From Allobaculum fili (GTDB lineage Bacteria; Bacillota_I; Bacilli_A; Erysipelotrichales; Erysipelotrichaceae): DNA of 32,000 nucleotides. The stretch lies in contig NZ_JAHDSX010000013.1 of the NCBI RefSeq assembly GCF_020969955.1, positions 21,056-53,055 of the forward strand, in the 5' to 3' direction. Positions within the stretch are counted from its first letter, which is position 1. Each line of letters opens with the position of its first letter. Below, piece after piece: positions 26,566-32,000 of this stretch. Position numbers and translations under genes: made by a program. The notes below the pieces were generated by a model, which had not been told where the DNA came from, did no database searches, and saw only the letters and a list, made by a program, of their open reading frames with translations.

Positions 26566-27459
26566 ATGGCTATTACTGCTAAACAGGTAAAAGAACTCCG
26601 CGAAAAAACCGGCGCGGGCATGATGGACTGCAAAAAAGCCCTGACTGAAACCGACGGTGATATGGAAAAAGCCATTGACTGGCTGCGTGAGAACGGTATT
26701 GCAAAAAGCACAAAGAAAGCTGGCCGCGTTGCTGCTGAAGGTCTGACCCGCGTAGCAACAGACGGAAATACCGCGGTCATCTTTGAAGTAAACTCCGAAA
26801 CTGACTTCGTTTCCAAAAACGATCAGTTCCTCGAACTGCTCAACACCATCCAGGGTGTTCTGCTCGAAAAGAAACCGGCTACTGTAGAAGAAGCCCTCGA
26901 GATCGTTACGCCTTCCGGCACCATCAACGACCTGATCGTTTCCGCTACAGCAACCATCGGTGAAAAAATCACTCTGCGTCGTCTCGTTATCGTTGAGAAG
27001 ACAGACGATCAGATCTTCGGCGCTTACATGCACAACAAAGGCGCTATCTCCGCTCTTGCAGTAATGAGCGGCGGAAGCGAAGAAGTAGCGAAGAACATCG
27101 CTATGCAGATTGCTTCCATGCGTCCAAGCTACATCAGCCAGGCTGACGTACCAGCTGACGTACTCGCTCACGAAGAAGAAGTTCAGAGAAAGATCATCGC
27201 AGAAGATCCGAAACTGCAGGGCAAACCTGAAAAGATGATTGCCGGCATCCTCAAAGGAAAAGTCAGCAAGCACTTCCAGGATGAATGCCTCCTCGATCAG
27301 GAATTCTTCCTCGACTCCAAGAAGAAAGTTAACCAGTATCTCAAAGAGAATGGTGCTTCCGTTGCTGAATTCATCCGCTTCCAGGTTGGTGAAGGCATCG
27401 AAAAGAAAGAAGAAGATTTCGCTGCTGAAGTTGCTGCCCAGATGGCAGCTGCGAAGTAG
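26566..27459 (+). CDS. tsf: Translation elongation factor Ts
   Basis: MAITAKQVKELREKTGAGMMDCKKALTETDGDMEKAIDWLRENG... Confidence 0.97.
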   Translation: MAITAKQVKELREKTGAGMMDCKKALTETDGDMEKAIDWLRENGIAKSTKKAGRVAAEGLTRVATDGNTAVIFEVNSETDFVSKNDQFLELLNTIQGVLLEKKPATVEEALEIVTPSGTINDLIVSATATIGEKITLRRLVIVEKTDDQIFGAYMHNKGAISALAVMSGGSEEVAKNIAMQIASMRPSYISQADVPADVLAHEEEVQRKIIAEDPKLQGKPEKMIAGILKGKVSKHFQDECLLDQEFFLDSKKKVNQYLKENGASVAEFIRFQVGEGIEKKEEDFAAEVAAQMAAAK

Positions 27460-27493
27460 TCGATCGCTTCCAGTTTCAAATCTATCCTGAATC

Positions 27494-27526
27494 AAAAAGA
27501 ACCCGCGCAAGCGGGTTTTCTTTTTG
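27494..27526 (+). terminator. Intrinsic terminator of rpsB-tsf
   Basis: AAAAAGAACCCGC-GCAA-GCGGGTTTTCTTTTT. Confidence 0.85.
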
Positions 27527-27840
27527 AAACGAAGGATTTCTCTGGTGAAAAAGAAAATCGCCAATCTTCCATAAATCTTTTAAAATGTTCACATTTTGCG
27601 GACGCAAAATGGATAGATGTAAATCATATTTCAAAAGACGGCGGAATCGAAACGGTTTCTGCCTGTCTTTCTAGACAGAACGGACATTTTGAACAGGAGC
27701 CGATCGCATGCAATTTCTTGCATTTCGTGCGCCGGCCTGATAAAAATGTTTAGTCTTATTAACTTGAAAGCAATATACGTGTTTGATCCTTACAGGATGT
27801 TCAAATTCGTTAAGCCATAGAACAAACACGGGAGGAACGT

Positions 27841-28257
27841 ATGATCGACAAGATAAAGGCTCTGCTGATTAAATATAAAGAACTCATTCGCTATGCGTTC
27901 TGGGGCGTATTTGCGACCGCGACCAATATTCTCGTCTACCATATCAGCTACGATCAGATGCACATTTCCAATACCGCCAGTAACATTCTTGCCTGGATTG
28001 CGGCGGTTCTGGTGGCGTACATCACGAACAAGCTGTTCGTCTTCAATTCCCGTCATCAGGGATGGAAGCGGGATATCCGTGAATTCGTTTCCTTTGCGGG
28101 ATTTCGCTTCGTTTCCGAAATTTTCGATTTGGCGATCATGTATTTCGCGGTCGATATGATGAACTGGCCGGCACTGTTCTGGAAAGTCATCGCCAATATC
28201 ATCATCATCGCCCTCAACTACTTTTTCTCCAAAACCATTATTTTCAAGAAGAGCTAG
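27841..28257 (+). CDS. GtrA-family membrane protein
   Basis: 138 aa with four TM segments. YAFWGVFATATNILVYHI... and ...NIIIIALNYFFSKTIIFKK are typical of GtrA-like proteins. GGGAGGA is the RBS. Confidence 0.85.
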   Translation: MIDKIKALLIKYKELIRYAFWGVFATATNILVYHISYDQMHISNTASNILAWIAAVLVAYITNKLFVFNSRHQGWKRDIREFVSFAGFRFVSEIFDLAIMYFAVDMMNWPALFWKVIANIIIIALNYFFSKTIIFKKS

Positions 28258-28263
28258 ATTTCT

Positions 28264-28289
28264 GGATGCCTCAGGGCATCCTTTTTTTT
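28264..28289 (+). terminator. Intrinsic terminator
   Basis: GGATGCC-tcag-GGCATCC is followed by TTTTTTTT. Confidence 0.85.
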
Positions 28290-28570
28290 ATCCCCCTTCA
28301 GAAGGAAAGTACGCAGAACTGCGGCATAAAGAAACACAATACGAAGAAGCCTGGTCAGAACATGCGCTGTCTGAAGGACCGCCAGAACTCGTAAAGACAA
28401 GTGGGCCCATACGATCGATTCCCTTGGACCAAACGTTTGAAATGGAAAATCGGTTAATGCACAGCGCGGACAATTACCGGCACTTTGTTGATTTCTCAGG
28501 GGTGCAACGCTACATATATAAGTAGAGCCCTTACATTTTTTGAGCTTCGATTAAAGAGAGGTAATTGAAA

Positions 28571-29311
28571 ATGAAAAACGCAAAGCGGTTTTTTGAGGTT
28601 TGCCAGCAGCAGATGGCAAAATCTCTGGAGCAGGAAGAGGCGATCGATCAGGCTGCAGAAATGATTGCTGAATCCATGGCCGACGGCGGCGTGCTCCACG
28701 TGTTTGGCGGCGGTCATTCCCAGATGTTTGGCGAAGAGCTGTGCTACCGCACCGGCTGTCTGGTTCCGGTCAATGCTATTCTGGTTCCGCAGTATGCCAT
28801 CTATCCCGATATTCGTCTATGCCAGATTATGGAACGTCTGGAAAACACGGCGGATAAATGTCTGGAAGGCTTTGTGACCAAGCCTCAGGACATCATGCTC
28901 ATCGTATCCATTTCCGGACGCAACCCGGCAGGAATCGATATGGCGATTGCTGCGCATAAGAAAGGCATGAAAGTCATCGCCCTGACGTCTCTGGACTATA
29001 CGAACAAATACGCTTCCCGCCACTCCTCCGGCCTGAAACTGAAAGATGTCAGCGATCTCGTTCTGGATGCCTGCGGCATTGAAGGCGATGCCGTTCTGGA
29101 AGACGAGCGTCTGCCCGAAGGCGTACGTTTTGCTTCGCCCTCGACCATTGTCGGCATGCACCTTCTGATCGGTATCATGGCGGAAGTCGTTGACCGTCTG
29201 CTCGATCGCGGCGTGGATCCGGAAATCTGGGTATCCGGCAATGTGGATCATGGCGACGAATGGAACAGCAAGTATCTCGAGAAATATCGCGGACGCATCG
29301 ATATTCTCTAA
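28571..29311 (+). CDS. SIS (sugar isomerase) domain protein, UPF0309-like
   Basis: ...AAEMIAESMADGGVLHVFGGGHSQMFGEE... and IVSISGRNPAGIDMAIAAHKKGMKVIALTS are typical SIS features. The ATG at 28571 is preferred over the TTG at 28565. Confidence 0.8.
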   Translation: MKNAKRFFEVCQQQMAKSLEQEEAIDQAAEMIAESMADGGVLHVFGGGHSQMFGEELCYRTGCLVPVNAILVPQYAIYPDIRLCQIMERLENTADKCLEGFVTKPQDIMLIVSISGRNPAGIDMAIAAHKKGMKVIALTSLDYTNKYASRHSSGLKLKDVSDLVLDACGIEGDAVLEDERLPEGVRFASPSTIVGMHLLIGIMAEVVDRLLDRGVDPEIWVSGNVDHGDEWNSKYLEKYRGRIDIL

Positions 29312-29431
29312 AACACCGTATTTCAGAATATCGACCTGAAAGTCTTAAGGTTTTGAGGATCGACGAAATCCGGTTGCCCCCGGCTTCTGGCTGTCCTTCA
29401 AACGGATCATTCCATAGACTTCAAGATTTCT

Positions 29432-29471
29432 GACGCAGAGCCCCTATTTAACCGGGGCTCTGCGTCTTTTC
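29432..29471 (+). terminator. Intrinsic terminator
   Basis: GACGCAGAGCCCC-tatttaacc-GGGGCTCTGCGTC is followed by TTTT. Confidence 0.85.
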
Positions 29472-29625
29472 TGTATCGGAAAAGGAAGCGGAAGAGGTGT
29501 GGAAAAAGGGAGCGGCCGGCTTGTTTTCCAGAATGGAAAACGGGCGGATCGAACCGAACAACGCCCGCAAAAATGACGCAGGAAAAAGGGAAGAATCGTT
29601 GTGAAATCGTACAAAACTGTCATAA

Positions 29626-31194
29626 ATGCGAAGAATTATGGAAAGAAAACACCTGAACGGATTGACAGGAAGCGATTACAAAAATGTACGGGCTTACATT
29701 AATGCGAGGATGAAGACCGGCTTTACAGATTGTGGTAAATTCTTCCTTATGAGAAAAAGGATCAGTCAAATTCAGGAAAGTGACGGCCAATGGCCGAGGC
29801 CGATGGCCCTTACAAACGCTTTCCTTCACATAAAAAATAAGAGTACAGATGACGTACAGGCTTCCTCTTCCATGGATGAGTGGATCATGATCGCGGGATC
29901 CGGTCTTCTTTTCCTGCCCTTTGAATACGCGACGGCAATACTGGCCGTTGTCGTTCTGATCGCGGCGTGTAAAGGAAAACTGATATCCTCAATTGCAAGA
30001 CAGCCTGGCGCTTTCTGGATTTATACGTTCGCATCCCTTCAGATGCTTTCCTCGCTGGCCAGCGGAAACGGCATGGGCGTTCTCAATTCCGCGGGAACGT
30101 TTATCATCGCCATGAGCGTGGCGCTGATCTGCCCGATACTCAATCCGAGGACGCTGAAAATCGGCATGCAGGCGACCGGCGTTCTTTCGTGCCTGGCTGC
30201 GCTTGGCGGTTTCGCGGAGTTCAGCCATCTCGTGGGCATCCATCAGATGAGTCTGCTGGACGGCCTCATGCAGATGCCGGAATTCGCGCGTATTCGCCTG
30301 ACGTTTTATAACCCGAACCTGTATGCGGCTATGGCCGTTTTCTTCCTGGCGATCTGTCTGTATCTGTTTCTGGATACGAAAAAAGCCGAAGGCAAGCTGT
30401 TCTGGGCAGGTGCCTCCATCCTGAACTTATGTGCCCTGTATCTGACGGGCAGCCGCATGGCGCTCGCTCCGGCCGTACTCTTCGTTCCGGTTTACCTGTT
30501 CTTTAAAAAGAGTAAAAAGCCGTTCTGGATCAGCATCGTTCTGCTAGGCGTTCTCGGCGTTCTGGTTCTTCTCTTCCCGCATCTGATTCCGCGGCTTGGC
30601 GAGATGAAATCCGTCGATGCCCGCATCGGAATCTGGCAGGGCGCGATCGAAGGCATTTCGCAGAACTGGCTTTTTGGCGGCGGTCCGCAGTATTACGACA
30701 TGATCTGGCGCCAGCTGATGACACCGCCCGCGCCGCACGCCCATAATCTGATCCTCGATCTTCTTCTCAATTCCGGACTGGTCGGCACGCTCGTTATCTG
30801 CGTCTATGCCAGCAATGTGTTCAAGGCTGCCTGGGATATGAAAGGCAACGCCGATCTTCCGTATTATCGTCCGCTCGTTCTCTGCCTCACTGGCGCTGTC
30901 CTGATTGAAGGCCTTGCGGACTGCACTGTTAACTTTCCGGCACCAGCTCTCGTTCTGCTTACTGTTATGAGTCTGCCGGTTTACCAGAGTCAGGAACAGA
31001 GCGCACCGGCCTTTACCGCCGTATCCGTTCCTGTCCGTCCGGTCTATACCGCTCCGATTTCCGCTTCCGCCAGCCGCTACACCTACAGCAAGATGCTTCC
31101 TGCTGTCTCGCAGCCGGTGCAGGCGGTCAGTCCTTCCAGCCCGGTCAAACCGTATCCATATTCGTCCATACGAACCGGGCCGCCGGGATCCTGA
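29626..31194 (+). CDS. O-antigen ligase (Wzy_C) family polytopic membrane protein
   Basis: There are many TM segments. LTGSRMALAP and HAHNLILDLLLNSGLVG are typical of the Wzy_C/O-antigen ligase family. The tail is Pro/Ser-rich. The first approximately 82 aa are hydrophilic, so the true start may be the ATG at 29872. Confidence 0.8.
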   Translation: MRRIMERKHLNGLTGSDYKNVRAYINARMKTGFTDCGKFFLMRKRISQIQESDGQWPRPMALTNAFLHIKNKSTDDVQASSSMDEWIMIAGSGLLFLPFEYATAILAVVVLIAACKGKLISSIARQPGAFWIYTFASLQMLSSLASGNGMGVLNSAGTFIIAMSVALICPILNPRTLKIGMQATGVLSCLAALGGFAEFSHLVGIHQMSLLDGLMQMPEFARIRLTFYNPNLYAAMAVFFLAICLYLFLDTKKAEGKLFWAGASILNLCALYLTGSRMALAPAVLFVPVYLFFKKSKKPFWISIVLLGVLGVLVLLFPHLIPRLGEMKSVDARIGIWQGAIEGISQNWLFGGGPQYYDMIWRQLMTPPAPHAHNLILDLLLNSGLVGTLVICVYASNVFKAAWDMKGNADLPYYRPLVLCLTGAVLIEGLADCTVNFPAPALVLLTVMSLPVYQSQEQSAPAFTAVSVPVRPVYTAPISASASRYTYSKMLPAVSQPVQAVSPSSPVKPYPYSSIRTGPPGS

Positions 31195-31259
31195 CATAGA
31201 TAACCTGGATGGAGAAAACCGGACAGACAAATATTTACTGATCCTGAATCCTTTACGTT

Positions 31260-31289
31260 TCCAGCCGCTTTTAAAGGGCTGGATTTTTT
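31260..31289 (+). terminator. Intrinsic terminator
   Basis: TCCAGCC-gcttttaaag-GGCTGGA is followed by TTTTTT. Confidence 0.8.
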
Positions 31290-31463
31290 GTCTGGAAAGA
31301 CAGCAGCCCCTAGCTCTACTGGTGCTGTTAAGGACCGCGAATTCCCCGGTTCGATAGGCTGGAAACGGGGAGGGATTTTCCGAAAGACAAAACGAAAAAA
31401 ATTTGCCCAAGGCTGGAATTTACTATTTCAATTTTCTAATTCCGGCTTACGAGAATAAAATGC

Positions 31464-31492
31464 TTGACCAGAAGGGGAGATCTCTGATTAAA
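31464..31492 (+). promoter_or_regulatory. Possible upstream rRNA operon promoter
   Basis: TTGACC (31464-31469), 17-nt spacer, ATTAAA. The -10 is weaker than in the two downstream promoters. Confidence 0.35.
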
Positions 31493-31568
31493 TAAGAAAG
31501 CTGTTTGCGCAAGGAAACAGCGCTTGAAATCAACTCGTGAAAATATTTTAAAAATTCACAAATAATGC

Positions 31569-31597
31569 TTGCATCGCTTCGATGCCCGTGTTATTAT
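31569..31597 (+). promoter_or_regulatory. rRNA operon promoter P1 candidate
   Basis: TTGCAT, 17-nt spacer, TATTAT. An A/T-rich UP-like block (GTGAAAATATTTTAAAAATTCACAAATAAT) precedes it. Confidence 0.6.
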
Positions 31598-31700
31598 AGT
31601 TGAGCGCTGAGGTGAATTGCTTCTCTCAGTCGTCAAATCACCTTTAGATATCGAAGAAAACAGCTTAAGTGAAAATCATGAAAAAATTCACAAATAGTTG

Positions 31701-31729
31701 TTGACAGAGATTTCTGCAGATGATATGAT
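31701..31729 (+). promoter_or_regulatory. rRNA operon promoter P2 candidate
   Basis: TTGACA, 17-nt spacer, TATGAT. A near-copy of the same UP-like block (GTGAAAATCATGAAAAAATTCACAAATAGT) precedes it. Confidence 0.65.
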
Positions 31730-31772
31730 AAACAAGCCTTGTGAGAGACATTGATCTTCTCACAAACAGATG

Positions 31773-31785
31773 GCTCTTTGAAAAC
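31773..31785 (+). promoter_or_regulatory. boxA-like rRNA antitermination element
   Basis: GCTCTTTGAAAAC resembles the Firmicutes rRNA leader boxA (TTCTTTGAAAACT). A hairpin (TGTGAGA...TCTCACA) precedes it. Confidence 0.5.
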
Positions 31786-31900
31786 TTTACAGACAGATCA
31801 AGAAATTCGAAATACACAACGTCGATTCTTAAAATCACAATAAGTACTCGAACAATCATTTATTCACGAAACATAAACGCATAAGCGTTTGAGTCAATAT

Positions 31901-32000
<100 letters not shown>

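Noticed and set aside
27585-27674. A 29-aa Cys/Arg-rich ORF (MFTFCGRKMDRCKSYFKRRRNRNGFCLSF) downstream of tsf was considered as a small peptide or type I toxin.
   Set aside because: It has no Shine-Dalgarno sequence and is not hydrophobic like type I toxins. No antisense RNA signature is recognisable.
28288-28473. A 61-aa minus-strand ORF between gtrA and the SIS gene.
   Set aside because: It is Ser/Cys-rich, has no RBS, and starts inside the gtrA terminator.
31330-31356. tRNA-like CCGGTTCGATAGG upstream of the rRNA promoters.
   Set aside because: No T-stem, anticodon arm or acceptor pairing can be drawn.
30544-31410. A 288-aa minus-strand ORF opposite the O-antigen ligase gene.
   Set aside because: It is antisense to a clear polytopic membrane protein gene, and its translation is Arg/Gly-rich with no motifs.

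Overview
The window is a Firmicutes-type chromosomal segment and is almost entirely core housekeeping. The partial 16S rRNA at the right edge carries GGCGGCATGCCTAATACATGCAAGTCGAACG, which I associate with Erysipelotrichia/Mollicutes-like lineages; this is inference only, with no search possible.

Gene order follows the Bacillus subtilis backbone closely: ysgA-like TrmH methyltransferase, then a Phe T-box with pheS-pheT, then ffh, rpsP, KH protein (ylqC), rimM, trmD, rplS, lepB, rbgA (ylqF), rnhB, topA, trmFO, xerC, rpsB and tsf. The window ends with tandem rRNA promoters, a boxA-like element and the 5' end of a 16S gene.

Accessory content interrupts that backbone at the following points:
- A GAF/fRMsr-like gene, an orphan ABC permease and a GT2 glycosyltransferase lie between pheT and ffh.
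- A 1.3 kb insertion between ffh and rpsP carries degenerate HTH-like remnants and an uncharacterised 214-aa ORF.
- A membrane-anchored M15 peptidase lies between trmD and rplS.
- An antisense MBL-fold hydrolase lies between rplS and lepB.
- A 620-nt gene-free, AT-richer gap sits where Bacilli carry dprA.
- GtrA, SIS and O-antigen-ligase-family envelope genes follow tsf in place of pyrH-frr.

I see no CRISPR array, intact mobile element, tRNA or recognisable multi-gene defence system. The most unusual loci are the ffh-rpsP insertion, which ends in a 20-bp perfect palindrome on the rpsP promoter, a six-unit 13-nt purine-rich tandem repeat upstream of xerC, and several long structured leaders. 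All functional calls rest on my reading of the translated ORFs and on synteny. No database search was run.
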